Below, piece by piece: positions 15,952 to 25,804 of a DNA stretch of 64,000 nt. The stretch comes from a virus. The notes under the pieces are model-generated. The model searched no databases and had not been told where the DNA came from. It worked only from the letters and a program-made list of their open reading frames with translations. Location: positions 64,001 to 128,000 of IMG/VR virus record IMGVR_UViG_3300025117_000031; one strand, 5' to 3'. Each line of letters starts with the position of its first letter. Positions within the stretch are counted from its first letter, which is position 1. Position numbers and translations under genes: made by a program.

Positions 15952-17209
15952 AAAGAATGATGTTGTAATCCCGTTTAAAGTTTTAGAGGAAATAGACAAA
16001 CATAAAAAAAGGTTAGATACTGTTGGTCTTAACGCTAGAAAATTTATTAAAGCAATTGATGAGATTAGAAACAAAGGAAGTCTTGTAACTGGGGTTTCCA
16101 TTGGGGAAAATAAAGGGAAGATATTTGTTAAATTTGCCAATAGAGCCACAGTAATTCCTGGAGCTATAACAGAAGACCCCGACAATCAGATTATTTCCGT
16201 AGCTCTTCAAGAACAGCAGTTTGGTAAGAAAGTTATTTTGGTTACTCGCGACATTAATATGCGGGTAAAATGTGATGCTTTAAACCTAGCGTGCGAAGAC
16301 TATCAGCCGGGTAAAGAGGTATCTAGTCTTTCAGAATTATTTTCTGGGGTTCGAGAGGTTTTGGCTAAGGATTCTTTTATTGATGACTTCTATTGTGATA
16401 AAGCCGTGGTGCTGCCGGCAGAGCTTTCAACGGAGTTGTGTCCTAATACTTTCCTTGTTGTAAAATCAGAAACAGATGAAAAGAAAAGTTTTGTTTGTAG
16501 ATATATGGGGAAAGAAAAAGTTCTTAAAAAGGTCCAAACCAAATGGAAGGGAGATGAATTAAGCGGAATTCGCCCTAAGAACAAAGAACAAATATTTGCT
16601 ACTGATCTTCTTTTGGATCCTTCAGTAGAGCTTGTTTCTATGGTTGGTCAAAGCGGAAGTGGAAAAACTCTTTTAGCTCTCGCTGCTGGGTTAAGGCTTT
16701 TAGAAGAAGAGAAATATAAAAAGCTGATTGTTACTAGACCTGTGGTGCCTATGGGGGGTAAAGAAAAAGACATAGGGTTTTTGCCTGGATTGGCTGAAGA
16801 AAAAATGTCTCCTTGGATGCAACCGATTGTAGATAATTTAAACTTTCTTCTTGGAGATCGAGAAACATTAAATGATTATTTGGAAAAGGGAATAATTGAA
16901 ATTCAAATAATGACATATATCAGAGGTCGTAGCGTCCCTAATAGTTATTGGATTATTGATGAAGCTCAGAATTTAAATTTTCACGAAACAAAAACTCTTC
17001 TTACTAGACCAGGAGACAATACCAAGATTGTTATTACAGGGGACCTTCGGCAAATAGATGACATTCATCTTAATAGTTTGACAAGTGGTTTAACTCATGC
17101 CATAGAAAGATTTAAGTCTTATGATCTTTCAGGGCATGTTACTTTGGTCAAGGGGGAAAGGAGTCGGTTGGCCAGTATAGCCGCTGAAATATTCGAAGAA
17201 GAGAATTAA
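15881..17209 (+). CDS. phoH: PIN-domain PhoH family ATPase (PhoH2/YlaK-like)
   Basis: YVIDTNV PIN motif, GQSGSGKT Walker A, IGFLPG, YIRGRS, IIDEAQN, TGDLRQID. Confidence 0.92.
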   Translation: MKNTYVIDTNVFLTNTNSIVTYSEKNDVVIPFKVLEEIDKHKKRLDTVGLNARKFIKAIDEIRNKGSLVTGVSIGENKGKIFVKFANRATVIPGAITEDPDNQIISVALQEQQFGKKVILVTRDINMRVKCDALNLACEDYQPGKEVSSLSELFSGVREVLAKDSFIDDFYCDKAVVLPAELSTELCPNTFLVVKSETDEKKSFVCRYMGKEKVLKKVQTKWKGDELSGIRPKNKEQIFATDLLLDPSVELVSMVGQSGSGKTLLALAAGLRLLEEEKYKKLIVTRPVVPMGGKEKDIGFLPGLAEEKMSPWMQPIVDNLNFLLGDRETLNDYLEKGIIEIQIMTYIRGRSVPNSYWIIDEAQNLNFHETKTLLTRPGDNTKIVITGDLRQIDDIHLNSLTSGLTHAIERFKSYDLSGHVTLVKGERSRLASIAAEIFEEEN

Positions 17210-17210
17210 G

Positions 17211-17876
17211 TTGTTTAACTATCACACACAGGTTTCGGCGGAAGACAGAAGAATTTTGTTTCTTGGAGACATTCCGGTACATCTTTTTAACGATGCTGTC
17301 TCGAAGCAAAAAGTCATAGAAGATTTTATTTCCAAAGTTAACAAAAGCATCAAAGGCAAAATTCTTTCTTTTATTCGGAGTATTCGGATAGGGTATTTTG
17401 CTGCCCTTAGAGATAAGGGATTTGACGCTGTATATTACAATGGCGTTGTGTTTATGAATGCTGAGATGAAAGATGGTGAGTCTTTTTATCGCGCTTTTGT
17501 ACACGAGCTTGGACATGCAGTTGAAGAATCCTTTCAAGAAATGGTGTATGAAGATTCTAATTTGATTCACGAGTTCATGGTAAAGAAGGCTAAGCTGCTG
17601 GAAATATTAGAAAATCACTACAACTTGGCCTTTTCAAAGGAAGATTTTTCTCAGATGCACACGACGTCGAGGATGGATGAGGTGTTTGAAGAAATTGGTT
17701 ACTCGAAATTAACTACTTTTTCTGTTGGTATTTTCGTATCTCCCTATGCGGCTTATTCGATACGAGAGTATTTTTCTAGAGGGTTTGAAGACTTTTTTGC
17801 TTCTGATGAAAAAAGAAGTCAACTTCGTGATATTTCTCCTGTATTGTACGAGAAGATAGAATCCTTATTTGTTTAG
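17211..17876 (+). CDS. Putative zinc metallopeptidase-like protein
   Basis: FVHELGHAVE (HExxH) and distal SPYA..IREYF; TTG start. Confidence 0.55.
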   Translation: MFNYHTQVSAEDRRILFLGDIPVHLFNDAVSKQKVIEDFISKVNKSIKGKILSFIRSIRIGYFAALRDKGFDAVYYNGVVFMNAEMKDGESFYRAFVHELGHAVEESFQEMVYEDSNLIHEFMVKKAKLLEILENHYNLAFSKEDFSQMHTTSRMDEVFEEIGYSKLTTFSVGIFVSPYAAYSIREYFSRGFEDFFASDEKRSQLRDISPVLYEKIESLFV

Positions 17877-17884
17877 GAAAAAAC

Positions 17885-18667
17885 TTGACAGAAGTACAAA
17901 AAGAAAAAACTATATCATTTTCTTCATTTTCTCTTTATCATGAATGTCCATACAAATGGAAGCTTTCATATATTGACGGCAAGAAGTTTGCTGGGAACAT
18001 TTTCTCTAGCTTCGGCAAAGCGGTTCACAGCTCTGTCGAGAAAAAGATAAAAGTTAGAGAGTGTGACGAGGTTAAGACCTTTCTTGAGGAATTCAAGAAG
18101 TCTCTGAAAGAACTTCCAAAAGAAGAAAAAAACAAGATTCCCGTTGAGCTGATAAAGGAATTTAGGCTTCAGGGGGAGAAGATTGTACCTTTAGTTTTGG
18201 TAGCTTTGGATAAGAAATATCCTGGATTTGAACTGGTGGACATAGAGAAAGAATTAAAAGAAGAGATAGAACTTGGATTTAAATTTGTTGGGTATGTAGA
18301 TATTATCATAAAATATCAAGATAAATATTATATTCTTGATTTTAAGACTTGCTCTTGGGGTTGGGATGCCGAAAAGAAGACGGATAAAATTGTAACTTAT
18401 CAGTTGGCTTTTTATAAGAATTTCTTTGCAAGACAGAAAAATATTCCTCTTGCAGACATAGAGACGGGATTCGTTCTCCTTAAAAGAATAGCAAAGAAGA
18501 ACGAAGTTGAATTTGTTAGAGTTTCTTGTGGAGAAAAAAAGATCAAAAATGCTACAAAGATGTTATACAATACTTGTTTGAATATCAACTCTTCCAATTT
18601 TCCTAAAAATAGGTCGAGTTGCACGAGATGTCAGTTTCACAATACTGACGACTGTAAAAAGTGGTGA
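17885..18667 (+). CDS. PD-(D/E)XK Cas4/RecB-like exonuclease
   Basis: SFSS...CPY, GKAVH, GYVDII, ILDFKT, QLAFY, C-terminal CTRC.....C (probable Fe-S ligands). Confidence 0.88.
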   Translation: MTEVQKEKTISFSSFSLYHECPYKWKLSYIDGKKFAGNIFSSFGKAVHSSVEKKIKVRECDEVKTFLEEFKKSLKELPKEEKNKIPVELIKEFRLQGEKIVPLVLVALDKKYPGFELVDIEKELKEEIELGFKFVGYVDIIIKYQDKYYILDFKTCSWGWDAEKKTDKIVTYQLAFYKNFFARQKNIPLADIETGFVLLKRIAKKNEVEFVRVSCGEKKIKNATKMLYNTCLNINSSNFPKNRSSCTRCQFHNTDDCKKW

Positions 18668-18678
18668 AAGGGAATTTA

Positions 18679-21285
18679 ATGGTAAAGAAGAAGATTTTAA
18701 CTATTTCGGATTCTCCTCTTGGGACTTCTGGTGTGGGCATTCAGGCGAAGCTTTTTATTGAGGCGCTTCTTAAAACAGGAAAATACTCTGTTTATAGCTT
18801 TGCTGGAGCAATTGAACACAAACAATATAATCCAATTCGATTTAAAGAGTGGGGTGAGGACTGGACAATTTTCCCGGTGAAGAATTTTGGAACTTCCGAG
18901 ATGATTCGCTCCGCTATTTATACTGAAAAGATTGACATGGTTTGGTTTATGGGGGATCCGAGATTCTTTTATCCGCTGTTTGCGAATGCTTTAGAGATGC
19001 GGTCTCTTGTCCCTATGGTTTTTTATACGATTTGGGACAATTATCCAATTCCGAAATTTAATGTTTATCATTATGGTTCTGTGGACGCGATTGTTTCTCA
19101 GTCTCTTGTGACAAAAGATATTATTGAGCAAGTGGCTCCTGAAAATGTTTTAAAATATCACATTCCACTTACTGTAGATACCAAAGTTTTCAACAAAAGC
19201 CAAGACCCAAATATTTTTGAAATTAAAAAGCAAATGGGGGGTTCTAACAATAGGTTTGTATTCTTTTGGAATAATCGGAATGCGAGGAGAAAGCACCCTG
19301 CGACTTTGATGATGTGGTTTAAGAAGTTTGCTCAGCAAGTAGAAGCAAAGTATGGCAAGGAAAAAGCTCCTATTCTTGTTATGCACACAAATCCCATTGA
19401 TCCGGCAGGGCACGACCTTCATGTTGTTTTTAGAGATTTTGAATTGGATGGGTACGTTAAAATTAGTAATCATGCAGAGCGTCCTCTTACAAGGGAACAA
19501 ATAGCTCTTTTGTACAATGCTGTAGATTGTACAGTAAGTATCTCTGATGCGGAAGGGTTTGGCCTTTGTTTAGGTTCTGATTCTTTGGTTAAGACTGAAA
19601 GTGGGTATTGCGAAATAAAAGACGTTAAAGTTGGCGAGCGGGTGTTTTGCAGAAACGGCGAGACACAGAAGGTAACGAAACTTTTTAATAGGGAAGCTCC
19701 CACTAAAACTTATTTAATAGGTGGCATTGAAACAAGGATTACCGATGAACATCCTGTTTTTTCTCTTAAGAGAAATAGAAGAAGTTTTGATTCAGAAGGA
19801 CTTCACAAAGAGGAACCAAACTGGAATAAAGCAGGGGAGTTAGCAGTGGGTGATTTTATTGCATTTCCGAAGCCAAAGATGCAATATAGTCAAAGGGAAT
19901 ATTTTGATTTATGTGAATATGTTGATAAAGAAAAACTCGAATGGGATGAAGAATTTGTGTGGGAGAAAATGGGATATTCTCCTCACAAAGACGGAGATAG
20001 CTTAGAAGATATTCGAGCGCGGCTTGGATGTTCTAAGCATGAAGCGGAACAGGTTAGAAGGATTATTCTTGGTAATGCTTCTGATAAATATAAAAAGGGT
20101 TCTTTTAAGATAAAAGAACTTTTAGAAAAATACAGAGCGTTGTGCGGCACAACAAACATTGTGGATGGAAGGAAAAAAATAAAAAGATATATTAAAAATA
20201 GTCTTGAGTTGTCAGAGATAATTGGGTGGTATGTAGCTGAAGGAAGCTCTTTGGGTTCTAGAGGGGTGGAGTATTCTTTAAACGTCAAAGAGCTTCCTGT
20301 TGCAAAAAGACTTCAAGAACTTTTTAGAACAGTTTTTGGGGCAGAGGGGGTTGTGAAGTCGAGAGAAGATAAAAATGTTTCTTCTTATATTTGCGCTTCT
20401 GGGATTCTGGCATCTTTTTTTGAAAAAGAATGTGGGAAACACGCTGGGAATAAGTTTCTTAATAAAGACTTTATTTTTAGCACCTCTTCTGCAAGGATTC
20501 TTTTGTACTCTTTATTTTCAGGGGACGGCTCTTTTGGTAAAAATATAATAACGTATTCAACAGTTAGTCGTAAATTAGCTTACGAAACTAGGGATCTTCT
20601 TTTATCTATGAATATTTTTTCGTCTTTAGTGAGGCGTAAAAAGATAAAAACTACGAATGGGGAATATACCTATACTCTTGTAATTTCCGGAAGACAAGAC
20701 TCTAGAATTAGAAGATTTTTTGAGATTGAAAGTTCCATTCCTTCTTTTTCCAGAAAGAGGGGAACTTCGATTATAGAAAAGGAAGATATGTTTTTGGTTC
20801 CTATTCGTTCTGTTAAACAGAACGAAACAGAAAACGTTTATGATATCGAAGTGGAAAAGGAGCACAACTTTATTTCAGGAGGCATATTGGTTCATAATTG
20901 TGTTGGAGAAAGTTTAGCCTCAGCCACTCCTGTTATTGTAACGAAGACGGGGGGGATGCAAGAGCAGGTTACTGATGGGCAAAATGTTTTTGGAGTTTCA
21001 TTAGAACCAAAGAGCAGAGTCTTGGTCGGTTCTTTAGATGTTCCTTACATTTACGAAGATCGTGTTTTGGAAGAAGATTTTATTGATGCTTGTTGGAAGA
21101 TGTATGAAATGCCAAAAGAGGAAAGAGATAAATTGGGTTTTATGGGAAGACAGCACATTGAGTCCAATTATGGGATTGATGTTTTTACTTCCAAATGGCA
21201 AGAAACAGTTGACGATATTGTGCAAAAGTGCGGGTCTTGGGGAGAGAGAAAAAACTTTAAGAGATGGAGTATGGAAAAGCTGTGA
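18679..21285 (+). CDS. Glycosyltransferase family 4 containing an intein
   Basis: KILTISDSP..TSGVG, NNRNARRK, SDAEGFGL/CVGESLASATPVI split by intein; ATG 18679 preferred over GTG 18661. Confidence 0.9.
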   Translation: MVKKKILTISDSPLGTSGVGIQAKLFIEALLKTGKYSVYSFAGAIEHKQYNPIRFKEWGEDWTIFPVKNFGTSEMIRSAIYTEKIDMVWFMGDPRFFYPLFANALEMRSLVPMVFYTIWDNYPIPKFNVYHYGSVDAIVSQSLVTKDIIEQVAPENVLKYHIPLTVDTKVFNKSQDPNIFEIKKQMGGSNNRFVFFWNNRNARRKHPATLMMWFKKFAQQVEAKYGKEKAPILVMHTNPIDPAGHDLHVVFRDFELDGYVKISNHAERPLTREQIALLYNAVDCTVSISDAEGFGLCLGSDSLVKTESGYCEIKDVKVGERVFCRNGETQKVTKLFNREAPTKTYLIGGIETRITDEHPVFSLKRNRRSFDSEGLHKEEPNWNKAGELAVGDFIAFPKPKMQYSQREYFDLCEYVDKEKLEWDEEFVWEKMGYSPHKDGDSLEDIRARLGCSKHEAEQVRRIILGNASDKYKKGSFKIKELLEKYRALCGTTNIVDGRKKIKRYIKNSLELSEIIGWYVAEGSSLGSRGVEYSLNVKELPVAKRLQELFRTVFGAEGVVKSREDKNVSSYICASGILASFFEKECGKHAGNKFLNKDFIFSTSSARILLYSLFSGDGSFGKNIITYSTVSRKLAYETRDLLLSMNIFSSLVRRKKIKTTNGEYTYTLVISGRQDSRIRRFFEIESSIPSFSRKRGTSIIEKEDMFLVPIRSVKQNETENVYDIEVEKEHNFISGGILVHNCVGESLASATPVIVTKTGGMQEQVTDGQNVFGVSLEPKSRVLVGSLDVPYIYEDRVLEEDFIDACWKMYEMPKEERDKLGFMGRQHIESNYGIDVFTSKWQETVDDIVQKCGSWGERKNFKRWSMEKL
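19567..20898 (+). mobile_element. Intein (444 aa) with LAGLIDADG homing endonuclease in the GT4 gene
   Basis: Starts CLGSDSLV, block B ITDEHP, IIGWYVAEG and LFSGDG, VYDIEV..EHNF, ends LVHN before +1 Cys. Confidence 0.92.
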
Positions 21286-21473
21286 AAGAGTTTCTTGTTA
21301 TAACGGCTCCTGAAAATTTCCCTTCTGAGAAATTTCAAAAATTGCAAGAAACAGCTAGTGAGATAGAAAAATATCTTGGCTATGAAGTTCTAATATTCCC
21401 ATATGGGTTTGATATACAAAAATTCTCTGTAAGAGGCGAAAGGAAGACGAAAAGAAAATGGCTGACAAGATGA
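21282..21473 (+). CDS. Hypothetical small protein
   Basis: GTG at 21282 overlaps upstream TGA; ORF track start 21264. Confidence 0.45.
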   Translation: MKEFLVITAPENFPSEKFQKLQETASEIEKYLGYEVLIFPYGFDIQKFSVRGERKTKRKWLTR

Positions 21474-22666
21474 AAGTTCTTTTACACGGACCAGTTTTAA
21501 CCGTTTCTGGGTATGGAGAACATGCGAGAAGTATTTTGAACGCTCTTATGACAAGAGAAGATATTTTTGAAATTTATGTTCATCCAACTCCTTGGGGAGC
21601 TTGTCGGTGGGAGTCTTCTTTTGGTGCAGAAAGAGAGAAGATAGATTCATTTATTGTGAAGACGATTTCTTATGAAATGAAGCGTGTCCAAGAGCATGCG
21701 CCCCCTGAATACGATGTTTCGTTGCAGGTGGTGCTACCAACAGAATGGCAACCTTATGCTAAGGTAAACATTGGGGTTACGTCTGGGATAGAGGCGCAGA
21801 AGGTGGTTCCAGACTGGGACGAGGCGACGAAGAGGGTCGATGCAATAATTGTAGAGTCGCAGCACGCAAAGAATGGCTTTACAACAGATACGCCGTTTCG
21901 TGTAATCTCTTTTCCTGTGGATGTTCCGGAGAAGAAAGAAATTGATTTAGACCTTCAGACTGACTTTAATTTTCTTTTGGTAGCTATGGATGCACCGAGG
22001 AAAAACGTTGGGGATGCAATTGAGGGTTTTTATAAGGAGTTTCACAACGACGCAGACGTTGGGTTAGTATGCAAAATTAGTACACCTACGGAAGGTTCTC
22101 TGGACGTGGAGAGAATTCGTACAAAGATGCTGAATGTAAAGAGGAAATATCCAGAGGCAAAGTGTTCTTTATATTTCCTTCATGGGGATTTGAAGAGAGA
22201 AGAAATGTTTTATTTGTATTCTCATCCCAAGATTAAGGCCATGGTAACGATGACGCACGGAGAGGGATTTGGAATTCCTTTGTTTGATGCGGCCTGTGTT
22301 GGGCTTCCTATCATTGCACCTAACTGGAGTGCTCATACTGAATACCTGAAGATTAAAAAAGACGAGAAGGAAGAACTTAAGTTCTCTAAAATAGATTATT
22401 TTATTGATAAAGTTAAGCCCGAGCATGCTGATAAGTGGTATGACCCGAACATCCAAACGTGGGCATATCCAATTTTAATTTCTTATTGTAAAAAAATGCG
22501 TAGTGTAAAGGATTTTTATGGTAAATTTAAAGATATGGCATCTGAACTTAAAGATTATCTACATGTTGATCGGGCTAAAAATAAGATTAATTCTGAGATC
22601 GTTGAAACGATTCTTCTTACAGTGAAGGGAAAAGAAAATGAAGTTAAGCAAACAAGCGATGTCTAA
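21458..22666 (+). CDS. Glycosyltransferase family 4
   Basis: GPVLTVSGYGEHAR, PRKNV, THGEGFGIPLFDAA..GLPIIAPNWSAH. Confidence 0.88.
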   Translation: MADKMKVLLHGPVLTVSGYGEHARSILNALMTREDIFEIYVHPTPWGACRWESSFGAEREKIDSFIVKTISYEMKRVQEHAPPEYDVSLQVVLPTEWQPYAKVNIGVTSGIEAQKVVPDWDEATKRVDAIIVESQHAKNGFTTDTPFRVISFPVDVPEKKEIDLDLQTDFNFLLVAMDAPRKNVGDAIEGFYKEFHNDADVGLVCKISTPTEGSLDVERIRTKMLNVKRKYPEAKCSLYFLHGDLKREEMFYLYSHPKIKAMVTMTHGEGFGIPLFDAACVGLPIIAPNWSAHTEYLKIKKDEKEELKFSKIDYFIDKVKPEHADKWYDPNIQTWAYPILISYCKKMRSVKDFYGKFKDMASELKDYLHVDRAKNKINSEIVETILLTVKGKENEVKQTSDV

Positions 22667-22802
22667 GATCCTAGAAGATTTACAAGAGGCTTTTTCGGCA
22701 GAAACCCCGGTGGTGGATAAATGGGGCGAACTTTTGTTTGAGATTTATGAGGGAGAGCTTTTTGTTATTAATCGTGAAAAAGAAGAGAAAAAAGATCAAT
22801 AA
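22638..22802 (+). CDS. Hypothetical 54-aa protein (below ORF-track cutoff)
   Basis: Manual translation MKLSKQAMSKILEDLQ...ELFVINREKEEKKDQ; TAATG coupling to next gene. Confidence 0.55.
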   Translation: MKLSKQAMSKILEDLQEAFSAETPVVDKWGELLFEIYEGELFVINREKEEKKDQ

Positions 22803-23053
22803 TGCCTGTTTTTGACTTTAAATGTGAATCTTGTTCTTTTGTTGTGGAAAAGATTGTTCCGAGGGAAGAGAAACAAATTGTTTGTGAAAAATGCAATGGC
22901 GTTATGAAAAGACAAGTTGCTTTTTTTCAGATATCGAGCGAGGCAGAAAAAGAACGTCAAGATTTACAACAAAAGTATAAAGAGCACATTAATGATGTCA
23001 GAAAAACGAACGAAAAGCACAAAAGGGAATTGAAAAATGGTCGTACAGGTTGA
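22802..23053 (+). CDS. FmdB-family zinc-ribbon protein
   Basis: MPVFDFKCESC...CEKC. Confidence 0.8.
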   Translation: MPVFDFKCESCSFVVEKIVPREEKQIVCEKCNGVMKRQVAFFQISSEAEKERQDLQQKYKEHINDVRKTNEKHKRELKNGRTG

Positions 23054-23471
23054 TTTTTTTTATGTGTTGCTGGCGCTTGGTGCTGCGGCTGTTATTTGGG
23101 GAGCGGCCTTTGTTTATAGATATTTCGTCCGTTATGCTCAATATCTTATAAACAAAGAGAGATTTATTATAGAAAATTTACAGCTTTTTAGAGCGAATCT
23201 AGAAGAATATCACTACACTTTGGAACGTCTTTTTGAGCAAAATCTGTTTTCTGATAGTCCTGTTGTGGTTAACATTGTGAATCATACAAAATTTATTCTT
23301 AACGATGTGGTAGATTTTACCGACAGTATTAAAGAATATGAAATCGGGGACATAAGAAATCCAATGACAAAAGAAGAGATGAAAGAGTTTTTATCTCGCG
23401 GAGAACAAGAATTTGAACAAGAGGAATCGGAAGGTTCAGAAGACGGAGAATTACTTCACGAAGAGGAATGA
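23037..23471 (+). CDS. Hypothetical membrane-anchored protein
   Basis: N-terminal hydrophobic helix FFYVLLALGAAAVIWGAAFVY, acidic tail. Confidence 0.6.
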   Translation: MVVQVDFFYVLLALGAAAVIWGAAFVYRYFVRYAQYLINKERFIIENLQLFRANLEEYHYTLERLFEQNLFSDSPVVVNIVNHTKFILNDVVDFTDSIKEYEIGDIRNPMTKEEMKEFLSRGEQEFEQEESEGSEDGELLHEEE

Positions 23472-24093
23472 AGAAGCTATAGTTGCTTATGTTTTAGAGC
23501 AAGATAGAAGAAAAAAAGAAAAGATTTTTCGTGAGTTAATTTTGCCGGTTTTTCATGAATTGATAGAAAAGATTGTTTTTACATATAGATTTGTAAATCT
23601 TCCCGATATAGATGGTTTAAAATCTGAATGTGAATCCTATCTGGTTACTGTTCTGGAAAAGTATAAGCAAGAGAAAGGGAAAGCTTTCTCTTATTTTACT
23701 GTTGTTTCTAGAAATTGGTTCTACTGTCAGGCCAAAAAACTCTCAACTCCACAAATGGTTTCTTGCGACGATGTTCCAAACGACATTGATGAGACATATA
23801 TCGTTGAGACAGAATACGTTGAAGATAGGCAGAAGAACGAATTCTTTTTAGAGTTATTTTCTAAGATTGACGAATGGGAAAAACACGAAGACTTTACCTC
23901 AGAAACTGATCAAATAGTTATTTCTGCTGTCCGTGATTTGTTTATCAATTCAGAAAAACTCGAGATGTTTTCAAGAAAGGGAATATATCTCTATCTACGT
24001 GAAATTACTGGACTTCCCACAAAAAAGATTGTTTTTGTTTTGAACAAGATGAGAAAGCGTTATTTTCGGTTTAAAAAAGAATGGCAAAGATGA
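23413..24093 (+). CDS. Phage late sigma factor (T4 gp55-like)
   Basis: NYFTK..EEAI, KY..EKGKAFSYFT sigma region-2-like motif; TTG start after GGAG. Confidence 0.65.
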   Translation: MNKRNRKVQKTENYFTKRNEEAIVAYVLEQDRRKKEKIFRELILPVFHELIEKIVFTYRFVNLPDIDGLKSECESYLVTVLEKYKQEKGKAFSYFTVVSRNWFYCQAKKLSTPQMVSCDDVPNDIDETYIVETEYVEDRQKNEFFLELFSKIDEWEKHEDFTSETDQIVISAVRDLFINSEKLEMFSRKGIYLYLREITGLPTKKIVFVLNKMRKRYFRFKKEWQR

Positions 24094-24109
24094 AAATCTT
24101 AACAATAAT

Positions 24110-24117
24110 CTAATTAT
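24110..24117 (+). promoter_or_regulatory. Putative late promoter CTAATTAT
   Basis: Intergenic, 20 nt upstream of ATG 24138 at the head of the baseplate block. Confidence 0.5.
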
Positions 24118-24137
24118 AGGGAATACGGGAAGAAAAA

Positions 24138-24455
24138 ATGGTAGACGAAAAAGAAAGAGCTAAAAGAAAAACAAAAAAAGGTCTTCTTTCGTATGTGATT
24201 GATTTTATTGGGGAAGATCGTCAATTTCTTTCAGTAGAAATGACAAATTTAGAAAAAGCCTTAACACAACCTTCGATTAGTATTGGTGACAGAGAGAAAC
24301 TTGGTGATACTTTAGCAAAGCTCCTTTCGGCTTCTTCGAAAAACAACTCTCTCTTGATTGACGCCATCAAAACAATGGGAGAGCTGAAACTAGAAGATGA
24401 TCCAGAGATAAAAAACGAAGATTTGGAAGGGATTTATGAGGAAACAAAGAAATAA
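24138..24455 (+). CDS. Hypothetical protein
   Basis: Helical ORF following the late-promoter motif, TAA-ATG coupled to the next gene. Confidence 0.6.
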   Translation: MVDEKERAKRKTKKGLLSYVIDFIGEDRQFLSVEMTNLEKALTQPSISIGDREKLGDTLAKLLSASSKNNSLLIDAIKTMGELKLEDDPEIKNEDLEGIYEETKK

Positions 24456-25802
24456 ATGGTTCTTCCTTATGACAGTAAGTTTTTCACACCTGGGGTTTTA
24501 AATCCCATAGCGGACACAAGTTCTCCGACAAATGTTAATAAAACTGGGGATGCTGAAGTAGGGCGCTCCGTAGACGGACTTTCGAAAGCGTATTCAATTT
24601 CTCAACAAAGAGAAACGCTAGTTCCTGGACCTCTTAAGGCTGTTGTGATGAGGGTTGAGGAAAAGACAAATCAAAGTTCTTTTTTCTCCTTTTTGGCCAA
24701 AAGAGACGACAAACAGGTTGGGTTTGTTAGGGCTAGAATTCCAGAAGAACACTTAGCTTTACCTACTCCAACAAACCTTCATAACGGCAATGATATTAGT
24801 ACACCAGAAGCGAGAGCAGACCAAAAAACAATTGATATGTATCCTGCTTTTTATCCAAAAGATGAAATAGCGGCTGGACTTTCACTTTCTGTGGGTGATG
24901 TAATATGGGTTGAATTAGAAAACGGCAACTCAGACTCTAGGAGAGGGGTTTATACCGGCAAGGTTGGTCCTTTAGACTTCAGCGGAGCTTATACTTTTGA
25001 TCAAAAAACTTGTTCAGTTCAAAGCAAGGATCAGTTATTTAAGGAAAATCAAGCTGCTCCGATAGAAAACAACCCAAACATAAAAAAAGAACAACTTGTA
25101 GAGATTTCTTCAGATCCAGTTGCATTTGGAAATCGAGTTGGAGCAAACGGACGTTCTTTGATGATGAGAAAAGATGCAGCCGAAGCTTATGCACAGGTTA
25201 AGCAGGCTGTTAATAGAGTTTTTGGGTATCTTTCCGTTGGCTCTTCTTTACGCAGTCTAAACGACCCTATCGTTAACCAACCAAACGCCTCCAAGGTATC
25301 AATGCATTATCTTGGGTTAGCCATTGATTTGATTAACGCTGGGGTTAAGTCAGATGCAAATCCGGCAACAGACCAATACGTTATTCAATACAGTAATGAA
25401 ACAAAAAACAGATTTACTGTATGGGTAAGAACAAATAGAGAGGGAAGCTCTTTTCCCGCTCAGTCCTCCTGGAGGAAGCTTAAGGTTTTGAAGTGTTCCA
25501 ACTCTTCAAATCCTCCCGAAGAAGTTCAAGTTGAGGGTTATTTTGCCAATTTAACTTCTATTTTCAATCATTTTGGATTTTCAAATATTTCGACTAGGGG
25601 AACAAGTTTCCAAGAAAGAAGTTCTCACATGATGTCTGAGTGGTGGCATTTCGAATATAGACCAGAATACTTTGGTCCATCGACTGTTTATGGAGATGAG
25701 TTGGCTAAAATATACACAACTCCAGAAGATGGAGGAGAAGACTCTGAAGTTTGGAAACGTAGAGATTATATTTGGCAGGGAACTTATTTTTCAAAGGCAT
25801 AA
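24456..25802 (+). CDS. Baseplate hub-like (gp5 OB-fold-like) protein with M15-family Zn peptidase (peptidoglycan hydrolase)
   Basis: FVRARIPE N-terminal motif; SSLRS, SMHYLGLAID (H-x6-D), EWWHFE. Confidence 0.65.
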   Translation: MVLPYDSKFFTPGVLNPIADTSSPTNVNKTGDAEVGRSVDGLSKAYSISQQRETLVPGPLKAVVMRVEEKTNQSSFFSFLAKRDDKQVGFVRARIPEEHLALPTPTNLHNGNDISTPEARADQKTIDMYPAFYPKDEIAAGLSLSVGDVIWVELENGNSDSRRGVYTGKVGPLDFSGAYTFDQKTCSVQSKDQLFKENQAAPIENNPNIKKEQLVEISSDPVAFGNRVGANGRSLMMRKDAAEAYAQVKQAVNRVFGYLSVGSSLRSLNDPIVNQPNASKVSMHYLGLAIDLINAGVKSDANPATDQYVIQYSNETKNRFTVWVRTNREGSSFPAQSSWRKLKVLKCSNSSNPPEEVQVEGYFANLTSIFNHFGFSNISTRGTSFQERSSHMMSEWWHFEYRPEYFGPSTVYGDELAKIYTTPEDGGEDSEVWKRRDYIWQGTYFSKA

Positions 25803-25804
25803 AG

